Source: the human T2T-CHM13v2.0 reference genome, Homo sapiens
Direction: 5' to 3' (one strand)
DNA length: 64,000 nucleotides
NCBI RefSeq assembly: GCF_009914755.1
Contig: NC_060934.1
Below the pieces are notes generated by a model. The model made no database searches and had not been told where the DNA came from. It saw only the letters and a list, made by a program, of their open reading frames with translations. The position numbers and the translations under genes are program-made. Below are positions 1 through 12,700 of this stretch, piece after piece; within the stretch, counting starts at the first letter, position 1; each line of letters opens with the position of its first letter.

Positions 1-2024
1 GCGGGAGAGTACAGCTGGGTCCCCACACCCTACCTGCATGGGTTTAGACTCCCCGCCCTACTTGCACAAAGGAGAGGCGGGGGCATGACTTCACTTCCCT
101 GCGGTGGAAAGCTCAAGAACACGGCGTGATTATCTCAGAACATGCACACCTCCCCTGAACAGGTAGTATAACATGCTGGGTTGCCTTCTGTCTGCAGAAA
201 ACACTCCCAGCTAACACAGAACCAACCCAGCCTTCCAGACAGCTGCTGCGATGCGCTCCTACATGTGCCCAGCCCACTCCACACCCCCCTGGCCCCACTG
301 CAGCCTGGATTCATTCATTCAAAAAATTACTTCTGGGGCATCTACAATATGCAGGCCATGCACAGAATTAAGGGGACAATGAGCTCAAGGAGCTAGCTCT
401 GCTTCAGGGAGCTGCGGAAATCACTCTGGAAGGTTCTAAGTTCGTAGTCAGAGTCCTGCTCCTTGGTCCAAGTCCATTTACAACACTTTTTAACTTCCCC
501 TGATACAGGAATCAGAAGGCTCAGGGAGTGAGAAGAGACACCCTTGGCTGCTGCACTAAGAGGGACTGAAGACTCCCTCCAGACAACAGGCCACCCAGGC
601 AGAGGGAGCCCAAATGCTCACAGGAAAGCCAACCCCAGGAGGTACAGACGCTTCTGCGACATGCAGAAGAGACAAAGTGGCCTCGAGCAGCTGGAGCCAA
701 GGTCTCCTAGGACGCAGGCCCCATCCATGCCCCCCAGGCGTCCCACCACCGCGGAAGTGGGTGATAGGGAGGACTCACTTGCCATGACCAGCTGAACCAA
801 GGGGTATATCCTACAAACCTGCAGTGTCCGGGAAAGAGGCGAGCTTCCCCCAGGAAAGGGGGCAAGCCTGTCCCACAGCTCTGGGACCCTCCTGTAAGCA
901 CCCTCCCACCCCTGCTGAAGAGCCTCTCCCCCTACATCCCTGAGGAAACTGATCACCCAAGCTGAATTTTTCAAGGAGTTGCAGGTTACACCCTACCCAC
1001 GACAACAAAGGTTTCCTTTGAGTTAAACAACGTATAGCTGAACCGGAAGAGGGAAGGTGACCACGGGAAAGGTGTTGCATTACAAGGCTCAGGAATTCGA
1101 TACCTTCACCACCAATTCTCGTTTTCCACAAATCCCTATTAAAAGACAGCACGGTACCGTTCCCAGAAATCAAGGCTCACACCACGTGGAGCTGACTGGA
1201 TGCTCACGGGGACATTCGATCCCAGCGGCCTGGAGAAAGGACGGAACAGGAGGACCCTGTGCGGGCGCCATTGTTGTTCATCAGTATACATTTATAAAGA
1301 AACGGAAATTAAACACTGTCATCAGATGCTCTGCACTGCTGCTCATCCACGGCTGTGTTTTTTCATCCTCCCACATTAACATTTCCCCCTAATGTTCTAT
1401 CTTTTTGCCATATATAATTAATTTTAACAGCTTCTGCAACTTCCCCACAGGTTGTTGCTGTTTCTTTTAAACAGTATACTGCTGAGAAATTGATTTGTTT
1501 GCTCCGCGTGCCTGAAGAAACCACATTATGAAATATGTATAAATGTCACTGTTCGGGCTGCTTCTCAGGATAAGTGCAGAAAAACGTTCCATTTTACCTC
1601 CTTACACAGGAGTCCACTCACGGAGGCTACTCGCATGTATTACCCGTGTGCTCACACACAAATGCCGATGAATTACGCAGCATTTTCTTTGAAAACCTCC
1701 TATTTATCCTTAACTGGTACAAGGCTAGGGGAATCATCTTAATTGCTACATGGAAAGAATGAATTGCAAAAGCATTCAGTCGACCAAGAAGACTTTATTT
1801 TTAACAGCATGGGGCCAGGTGGAAGTTGCCAAGTTTGCCAAAAATAAATGAATCAACCAATCAATAAAGCAAATGTGTTCAGCTGGTGTTAAATGAATGC
1901 CTGGGAAGAAGGAAGCCACAGACAGCACGTCCTTCTTTCTCCCCTTCTCCCGCCCCCACCCCTGTGAAAACACCAGGCCCGAGGACACGAGGGTCATGGG
2001 AATTCTCAGCCATTTCCTAAATCG

Positions 2025-2440
2025 TTACTTTTATTTATTTATTAATTTATTTGAGACAGGGTCTGCCTCTGTCACTCAGGCTAAGTAGAGGGGTGTGATC
2101 ACAGTGCACTGCAGACGTGAGCTCCCAGGCTCACACAATCTGGCCACCCAGGCATAGGCAGGCGCCGCCACCTGGCCGAGTTTTAAAAACATTTTCTGGA
2201 GATGGGGTCTCCCTCTGTCACCCAAGGCTGAGTGCAGTGGTGCAATCATGGCTTACTGCAGCCTTGACCTCCCAGGCTCACACAATCCTCCCACCCAGCT
2301 ACTCTGGAACCTGAGGACCACAGATACACACCACCACCTGGCTGATTTTTTAAAAAAATTTTTTTATAGAGATGGGGTCTTGCTATGTTGCCCAGGCTGG
2401 TCTCAAACTCCTGGGCTCAAAGGATCTGCCCTCCTTGGCC
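2025..2440 (-). mobile_element. Old Alu (AluJ-like) plus an extra partial right-arm fragment
   Basis: T-rich tail, then gagacagggtct…, a second gagatggggtctccctctgtcaccc…, and left arm tagagatggggtcttgctatgttgcccaggctggtctcaaactcctgggctcaa. Confidence 0.8.
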
Positions 2441-5400
2441 TAAATCATTACTTTAGAAAATGCATCCAATTATCTGCTCCTTCAACAATGGTCAAAATTC
2501 AGATCCAGATACTAAATCCTAAAATTACTGAAAGTAACCAGGCTCTTGCACTTCTGAGCTATTTTATCAGCATTTGTAGCTGGGGGAGCTGCTCTAAGTT
2601 GAAACTAATGCCCCTTTACACTTGAACCTGGCAGATCCCTCAAGCTTCAGTGAAATGCTGTGTGTCCTTCCATAAAGACCAACTGAAACTGCTTAAAACC
2701 AAGACATTTTTTTTAAAAAAAACAAGTTATTGGTCTAATGCATTCTAAGAGTATTAATACAATCAGCAATGGTAACGCATAAATGTTAAGCAAAAATATT
2801 TACAGAAAGAAATAACCTTTTCCTCTGCCACTAATCACACCCAGCAACACTTGATTAGTAAGCCAACATTTTAATAAGAGAAAGCTCACTTCCCTGCCTA
2901 CTCATTTGCACATCGGCATCTACGCCCCAGCCTGAAACTTGACAGTAAACACAATGCACCACCACTCCCTTCAACAAGTGAGGCTCTGGCCCTGCCGCTC
3001 ACTCCATCCACTCCTTCCCACTCTTCTTGCCTTTAACAAACACACGCTCCAAGCCTCAGAGAAATCAGCCGCTGACCCGTGTCTCTGGCTGTCCCACACA
3101 ACAGGGCTGCCATCCCTCAGTTCAGTGGCCAGGCCTGTCTAGGGCACAAGGGGGTCTCCACCAGGGTTGGCTGATGAGGGGTAGCAGAGGCCCATTCTCT
3201 GCACACTGCCACACTCTCAGCGGAAAGATGCACCCCATGTGCGGCCCCACTTCACATGGACCAAGTGCTCTTCCTCCCACAACCCTGGGTGTGGGGACGG
3301 TACCATGACAAACCTGAGAAAGCTTCCAGGAATATCAAAGCCCCCGGGAAGCCATCTTCACTGTAAAGGGACCCTGCAGTGTATGGGAAGCCAGGCTCAC
3401 TACCACAGTGTTTCCGGAAAGGCTTCCACCAGCAAGGGACGCGGGGCGACCTGAGTTTGGGGTTGCTTCATCGGCTCCTGAATGCCAGATATACCTAAGG
3501 CCACACATGCTGGCAGGTGGATCTGGGCGTCAAGTTCTTCACTAACAAAATGGGGGTCTTGGGAAGGGTATGAGGATCACGGAAAGAGAAGCGGACACCA
3601 CGCCTCCATTTCCCAGCATAACGTCACTCAGTGGCAACAGAGACTCCTGGCCCCGCCAAGAGTGAGAGGCAAGTGTGCCCACCATCCTGCAGATGCCCTG
3701 CTCGGAGGTACCCCTCCAGCGAAGGAGCAACTCAGCAGGAACCCACCCAGGCCGGCCACACAGTGTTGACACATGGGTCACAGTGGGAAAATTCAGGCCT
3801 TCTGCCTGGTCTCTTCCTCCCTACTTTGCAAATCCACTCTGATGAGAACCAGCAGCCAGGGTGGCGCAGGAAGCGGAAAACAACAGTAACAGCAGAAAGC
3901 CAGACTCACCAGGAGAATGGAGGGCGTGACCCCTGTGTGACCCTGGACCCATGTAGATGCTAAAGCAAAAAGAAGGGGAATGGACGGGGTGATCTCTCCA
4001 TCCCTACTTGGGAGGCCACACTAGGTTGCTGAGATGCTCAGGAGAGAAGAACAAACACTGAATCAATGCCTCCCATTTATCCTTGGGGGGTGGAGGGAGG
4101 CTGGGATTCCGAAGCATAACTCACATCCAGAAGGCACAGGAATAAAATCCAAGCAAGAACCAAGAGCTTCAGCGGGGGCCCCTCCTCCCCTACTCCGAAG
4201 GCTGGCTAAAGCTTCGCTGGCATCTTCCCCACTGCCCCATCTCAGCCTCCTGACTGTTTCTCACCTAGAGAACCCCAGAGATGAAAGGCCCTGTGGATCT
4301 TCCTCTGGTTTGTGGTTTCGGATGTTGGCAGTCTTGCTTCTGGCCCAAACACTGGAGCAGGATCACACGGCCCTAGCAAAGGCCCCACGGATGCATGCAG
4401 GCCAGGAGCTCAGGAGGCCAAGGGCCCGAAGGACTCTGGGGGCCACACACTGGGACCAGAGTGGCACAGTGGCCATGGCGCCAACACCTCCACCACTTCA
4501 CAACCATTGACAATCGGACCCCAAGGTTTAGGTATGTGTTTCCAGAGTAATTCAATACTTTCCTTCTGTTTTTCATGGAAAAAAGATATCTGTCCTGCCA
4601 GAAGCAGGCTAGAGGACCAATGATCAGGAAGATGACCTCAACTAGGTGGCCTGCTACAGCCACAACTCAGATGGAAATCCAGCCTAGTTCCCACAGCAGA
4701 TCAAGGCAAACCCCTCTTCCACCACCAAGCACACTGAGTTTCCAGCACTGTGTCACCTCAGACTGTCTTTCCCAGAGGCCCTGGTCGGCAGGCCAAGCTT
4801 CTACATCATCCTGGAGATCTGTCAAAATACATAATACAGCATGCATGGCAGCCGGAAACAGTCCTATCTTTGCAAAACCACAGCTGCAACTATTCTACCA
4901 CCATTTTACGTAATATAATAAAAGTTAAGGGATTTGATTTGCATTCCCCCTCATTTATGAGCATTTAACCAAAAACACTTTTTCTGTGACACTTTTGTTA
5001 AAAAAAGATAATTGGGTACTGCTGCAAATATTAATGCTTAACAACAAAATAGTACTAAAAAACCATGACCCAACTGAAGTGATGGAGAACGAAGTCTTTT
5101 TCCAGGAGAAGCCAGCAAAGCCATCTGGCACATTGAGCTTTCATTCTGACAAATAGCAACATACAGAACAGATAGTAAAAGCAGAACATGCATCCGATCT
5201 AAATTTAGCACGTCACTATTCATTACTGAGAGAACGAGCCTCTTGTCAGGAGAAGGCTGAAGTGTTTGACGTCAAGTTACTAAAAAAGACGGCCATAAAC
5301 CAAAATATTAAGTCTAGCACAACAGGAATGGGATGCTTTTAAAATTAGGACATGCTAAAGAAAATACTAAGAGGGCAAAAACGATGTATAAATGGCTCTA

Positions 5401-8022
5401 GGGCCTCACGGATTCACCATTACCTCTGATGGTGTCACGTGATTTTCATCTACCTCCTTCTTCTGTGCCCACATTTTAAAAGATGTGTCTAGACCAGAGA
5501 TCTCAACAGGTGGGCTCTGGTTGAAATCCATACGTGGTCCTTACTTTGGTTACAATCCCACATGACCTCCTTGTGTTGCTGCATGTAGACAGCAGGCAGA
5601 GCTGGATACAACTCCCTGGGCATGGTGACGTTCCACAGAGCAGAAAGGGTCTGAGAGCAAACACACGCCTTCTGGGGCCATGTGAGAATTCCACCATGAG
5701 AGCATCTGCAAGTGGTCAGGGGAGAAGTTTTATCCTGCTTCTGGGGTGGGCTGGGCGGGGAGCAGGTGGGCCAGTGGGGCCACACTCAGTGTGTGCGTGG
5801 GCCGTGGACACCATGAGCTGTTGTCACAGCACAGTGACCATGCTCCAGTGATGGCCAGCTCCAGTACCACACCAAGTCTCTTAAGCTCTTCCAAAGTGCT
5901 ATAAAAAACTCTTACCCAAAAGGATGCCAAAAATACAGGAATGGTGGGAACCCCACATAAGGGTAAGTGTCTTGAGTCTGCTTAGCACTCAGGAAACATT
6001 TGTTAACAGGAAGCGTGTCACAATTTCATTCTGGTTCTGGATGCATTTGGAGAATGTTAACTCATCTGTCTGAGAGGGAGATCACTGCTAAACAGGATCC
6101 CAGAGTGGCTCTGGTTATTAGACTGAGTCAAATGAAAGTGTCCTCATTCAACCATTTTTGATATTTAAAAAGTCCATTTCATCCTTATACACCAAGTTCC
6201 CACATCCTTCTGTTTAGAGAAAATGATTTCCAACACTGAAATGAGCATCTATGAAACGTAATGATGGTCCATCCAGCGGAGATGCTCCCAGGCAGGCAGG
6301 GCCTGGTACTTGTCTGGGTGAAAGAGCGTGGATGTCCAACATGGCCAGTTCCATGGTGTCCAACTGGAAACATCACCATGACCCAACCCACTGAAAACAT
6401 CTTTGGACCCAGCACCCAACACTGGAACTATCTTTGCCAACCCCAGGCCCAAGGTGACTTTGTCTCTGCCTGAGAAACCCGGGCAGATTCTAGCACACAG
6501 GTCTGAGAGTGAGAGCCAGAAAAGTAAGCAACGTTTGTCCTGAAAGGCTGAACTGAATAAGGTTGCGAGTGGCGGTCCTGACCTCCCTCAGGTTTCCACC
6601 AAAGAACATTCCATCAGACTTCCAGTTCCTCATCCTCCTCAATGCTAAGAGCCTTAAGTGTTCAAAGATGACTGAGGGGCCCCTCTCATACACAACTCAA
6701 CTCGAGCTTCACGCTCTGCTATGGCCTTTGGCCCAGCAAAGCCCTGTCAGAGCACTCCCAGGAAAGGGTTCTGAATTTCTACATCAAATTCAAGCTTAAA
6801 GGGTGGGGAGGGTCCTGGGTACCAGCCCAATCCACCTGTTCGATTCACAGATAAGGCTTCCGAGTGCCAGCAGAGACCACTTGCTCAGTCACCAAGCTGG
6901 TAAGCAATATTTGGAGGTCTAGGTCTGGGTCAGCTACCTCAGTTTCCCCAGCTAGATCTACTTTATGGAGAAAAGGAAGGGACACACAGAGATCCTTTCC
7001 TGATCCTACAACCCACTGTGCTGCTTAGGTTCAGGCAGAGATTCAGCTTGGCCCCCTCAGGTGGTCACCCATGTGTGCCCCTGGGCTCCAAGTCTCTAAC
7101 TGCCTCCAGCAACTCAGGAAGCCAGGCCTGAGGGCCTGGTCACAAACTTAAACCTCTCTGGGAACCAAAGCTAGTCCCCTCAAGGCTCTGCTAGGAGTGT
7201 GACAGGTGAGAGAGACAGGACACAATTGGCTAGCGGTTTCCCTTGCTTTTGAATGATGTTGTTACCTCACGGGGAAAACATTTTTTTTTAAAAAGCAAGA
7301 TTAAAATCAATTCCATCAGAGAAGTTGCCACTTTGAGACTTTAAGAAAGATCCAGGTTTTGTGAAAAATGGCTAAAGACATGCCGAAATGAAACTTAGAA
7401 TCCCAAAACCCTGCTACGGGCACAGGATTGAACTCCATCCATCAATGAGTGTGGTAGGGATTGAATGCTCATCTCAGCCTGCACCCACATTCCCAATCTA
7501 CTCCGCCAGAAAAATCATGGTATGTTCAAGACATCCTAGAGGCTGGTAACACTAAAAGCCTAAGCTGACTGAAGAGGTGCCAGTATCCACAAGCCGCCTT
7601 CTTCCTAAAGACATCCATCTATCACTTATGACTGACTCGGGGTGTCATGAGATGGTTTCTCTAATTCATTTTTATTCTTTTTAATTAATACATCGAGAAA
7701 TCCTAACACTATTTCCATTCTGACTTGAGTTTCCTTGTAGCATAATTTCCGTTGACTTATCTCTATAGCAGCAGCAGCAGCAAAAATCACTTTACACTGA
7801 ACTATATTGCTTCAGAGTTAATTACATGTATTTTGCTTTTGATAAATGAAAATACTAGATGCAATTAATTGAAAGACAATCAATATGATCCCACGATTAG
7901 ACATCCCAATGAAACAGCCAGAGGCTGCAGGCAATCCATACTCATCAACTAATTGAACACACATTGCAAAGGGGATTCTAGAAAACTGAACTTTTACCTG
8001 GAGATATTTCACAATAACTCAC

Positions 8023-8126
8023 CAATATAAATCTGTCCACAAACTCTATAGTTCACACGATGGGCTGTCCGTCTTTTTAAGGGAATACACCTTCATTGGT
8101 TCAAAACCATTTAAGGTGATGAAACC
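8023..8126 (-). other. CTBP2: CTBP2 non-coding (5'UTR) exon 2, 104 nt
   Basis: Minus strand reads cattcattttgctttcag|GGTTTCATCACC…GGACAGATTTATATTG|gtgagt, with a polypyrimidine tract, AG acceptor and GTGAGT donor. Matches the recalled CTBP2 mRNA leader. Confidence 0.92.
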
Positions 8127-9139
8127 CTGAAAGCAAAATGAATGGAGTCAGTGAAGATGAAGTAGAGATTTTTTTTTTTTGTTTACATCTAGGCATCCTT
8201 TAATTGCATTTTTCCAATGCCTTCGACTCTAAGCTACCAGAGGTTATTAAATGGTTTCATTAAAAATACTATTTGTCTTGCTTTAGTCACACACCAGATC
8301 AAATTAAACAGTAGAGCACCAGAACAAATGAACCCTTTCCATCTATTTTGACACAAAGCCAAGTGTGCAAAAGCAGAAGGTGATATTGTGTCATCACCGT
8401 GAAAATGTCATTTAGCTTTCTCTACATCTCCAAGTAGCAAGCAAAGGGACAAAAGAATCAATACCTTCAAGCAAAAAGTATTACCAACTGTTTTGAGAAA
8501 TATGGAATTATAAAGTGCAAATCATGAGCCCACGGTTTATAAGTGCTATTAGCATAAATGCTGACAACTGTTAATCTACTGTAACTCTGATTAACGGTTG
8601 CAGTTGTCCATTAATAGAAGGCATTTTAACTTACTACTGAAATTGATTACTCAGTTAAGAATTCAATCCTAATGTTCAATAAAATTGCACTTTCTTGGCA
8701 AATGCAATATGAACCGAGGTGATGCATTAAACAGAACTCCCATTTATTTTACTCTACATGGAACAGAGAAGGAATACATGGTGGGACCCACATCATCCGA
8801 ACTACTTCCTATGCACACACAGCTGTGAGAGAAGAGAGCAAAGTTCCTCCTTCTGCGGCTGATGGGGAAGGCAGACAACCTGTGCAGCAGGCATGTCCAG
8901 GTGTCCTTTCTACGGCTTTTCCAGGAAGAAAAGATGGAATTTAACACTGGAGTTGCTATGTAACTGGAGAGCCCATGTATGAAGGTAGTCTTGCTCGAGC
9001 CCCACGAGAGAGGGAAGAGGCACACTCTAAAGACATGAGCTGCTGCAGCCAGGCCTGACATTGCCAACCCCACCTTACAACCAAGTTTCAAATGGTTAAT
9101 ATACAAAAAGGCACGAACCACATTCCCAGCTGCATTTGA

Positions 9140-9788
<649 letters not shown>

Positions 9789-12700
9789 TAGGAAGCTGTA
9801 GATACCTAAAAGAACTTCCCCTCTTTTAATGGGGCTTTTAATTAGCAATGGGGCTAATCTCCTAGGATCCAATCCCGTGACAGGCATTTTCCTGCATGAT
9901 TATGTAGCAAGTCATAAAGAAGAACTGCTACACTCATGGTTTCCATTCAAAAGAAAACCATGCTCCCTGCTGTTTCCACTGAATTCAATGAGTCCTCCGA
10001 CAGCCAGCTCCTGCTCCACACCTAGAACCAAGTCACTGGCAGGAAGGACTCTGAAGAACTACTCAGGAAAAGCATGGACTCTACAGTCAAGGTTATCATG
10101 TACCCAAGGTCAAGTAGTAATTCACTCCCAACTGTACACCACACTGTAACCCACACCTCTTAAGGAAGTAGATGGGAGACAGACATTCCAGCCTCAGAAG
10201 TGTTAGGAAGGGAGGGACAAGCATAGCTTTTCAGTAATCCCAAGCCTATAGTGACACAAGCATCTAACAGCCAAGGAACTATTTTTTTGAGGTGGCAGAG
10301 CTTGCCTGGCAAACTCCTATCCACCCTTCAAAACCCATCTCACAGGTTATCTTCTTTAACATCTTCCCTACTCTAGCTGGCAGGCTACTATATACCCTGC
10401 CCATCTCCAAGTCTCTAAAGGTTAAATGCCTTTTACTTAATCACATTTTATTTATCTTTGAAACATAGTAGGGAATCAAATATTTAATTAACTGCAAAAC
10501 AGAATTTATACTCCTGATTAGTGTTGCTTGTCTTCGTATGTCACAGGCTTTCTCCTTCCATTTCCAATGGTTTACACAGAATTTCCAAAAATATAAAGGG
10601 ATTGTATCTATTTTCAGGAAGTAGTCCCTTTTGGAAAGGAAGGAGGGATGGAAAAGGAACTGGGGAGGTGCACCTTAGCAATGACTATAACATTACTTGT
10701 TTTTGAACAATGTCTGAAGACAAACGTAGCAACATGTTAACATCTACCTAATCTTGATGGTGGGTACAGGTTCTAATTTGAGATATTTCATAGTAAAATT
10801 AAGTAGGAAATAGACAAGTCTGCCTTGTAGAAGGCTTCACAGAGGAGGTGACATTTCGTGGAATTTCAAGCCGGGCGTTCAAGCAACTGTGCTGCCTGTC
10901 CCAGTGAACGGCGACAGCTTATTTAGTGGAATAAGAATGTTAAAAGGCTTGGAAGACTGTCAGAATTTTAAAGCAAGTGCTCGTTGTTACTTGAAGGTCA
11001 AAAGAAGTACTTTAAAAAGACTGGAGCTACAGAAAAGCTAAAGATTCAAAAATACTTGTTTCAGCAGATACTTGCTGACAGTGCGGCGTGGACTAGTGCC
11101 CCGAGGATTCACCAGGGGATATTTTCTTGGCAGGATTTCTCTAAGAACTTCCAGGAGTATACAACGAGACGCAGAAATGACTTAGCTGATTAAAATCACC
11201 ACTACTTCTGAACCAGCAACCGCAGGAGCTGAAGTGGCCTCAGCGTGTAACTGCCGGTCAGCATGCCCACCCCCTCCAAGTTCACGTGGCTGCTTCGGGC
11301 CAGACAGGGGTCCTATTTCTGGCCTGTACCATCAACCTGCGTGAACTTATTAAACATCCCGCGGCAAATGTGATCTGCCTACAGCTGATGACAGGGGGGT
11401 GTGTACTCTCACACATCCCAGAAGAGAACCGCAGCACCCAGAGATGGATTTGGGGGTGGGAGTCCCAACCAGACTGTGGTCAGCTAGTTCCTGCACCTTC
11501 CACATATAGGAAACTCACAACTGAGGCTGCAGTACCTAGACAGGACCCCCTACCCCACCGCCACTGCTTGGGTGTTTTGTTCTTATACTAAGTCAGGCAT
11601 ACAAAAATTACGTTTTAGGTCTGTAGTGAATAAATCCTTTTCTTAGAAACTAAATGAGACTAGAACCTTTAGAAGCCTTCAATGAGCCCTAAAAAGGTCT
11701 TGATGGGGGCGTCTGAGAAACTCTGGTGTGGCTCCTTCCAGGAGGACTGGGCCTGCCTTCACTTGAACTCATAGCGTTCTTTCAGAACAGCTTCTGTACT
11801 CTGCATGGCATGGAAGGGGTGCCCACCCACCCACCCAAATGCAGAGATAACAGAGGCCAGGCGAGCAGCTCAACCTGGCCTGGCCCCCCCATGCCGCCTG
11901 CTGTGAGCAGCATTCATCTAACCAAGTGCCCGCTTACCTACGCTTTCTCTGCAGGAGGGATTTCTAGTGATATTTCTGCCATCTGAAGCTCACATGTGCC
12001 AGCTCTCGTTAGGACTTGAGGCTTTCTGCTTGAACTCACATTTTGGCTGTCTAGGCTCCTCCTCCTACTACTGTCCCGCCGTGGATGGCGAAGGATTCAT
12101 CACCCCTGCTTCAAGGTGGGGCACCTCCTGCTGCCTCCTCTTGAGGCTGGCCCTGCGGCTGGGTCACACCAGCCAGAGAGCAGAACTTCAGCTCAGCGTG
12201 GGCATATATTAGGGGAGAAGAAAGACTGATCCTAAAGGGGCCCTTGCACCCTGGAAAGCCTTATCTGAAACTGACTCATGGTTTCCACGGGTCTGGCTGA
12301 ACGGAGCACCACTGTGCGCTGTGTTCCTCACACTCCAGGAAGCACCGTTCACGTTTACTGCTAAAAAGAGAAAACTGGAATGTGTCCACAAAACCATCCC
12401 TTAGGCGATCAAAAGTTTCCCACAGGTAATGGACTCTGGGAAGGGACAAGGGAAAGAACAAGGAGTTAGCAAGAATTAATCCCAAGTTCCGCAGGCCAGC
12501 ATCGGTGGCTGAGAAGTAGTATCCTGCCTGTGATTTGGAGGTAACAGCATCTACCTTCACAGGTGGTCAGGCCCTTTGAAAGAGAGAACCCATGGAAGGT
12601 TCGTCCCAAGGCCTGCATACAGCAAGCACTCAATAACTGTGTGTCATCATCAGACTCCAGACATGTCTCCAGGCTGAGGCCGTTATCCACCTCTTCTAAG

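Noticed and set aside
7992-8022. Alternative donor CAG|GTAAAA 25 nt downstream of the exon 2 donor
   Set aside because: Plausible, but the sequence alone gives no evidence of use.
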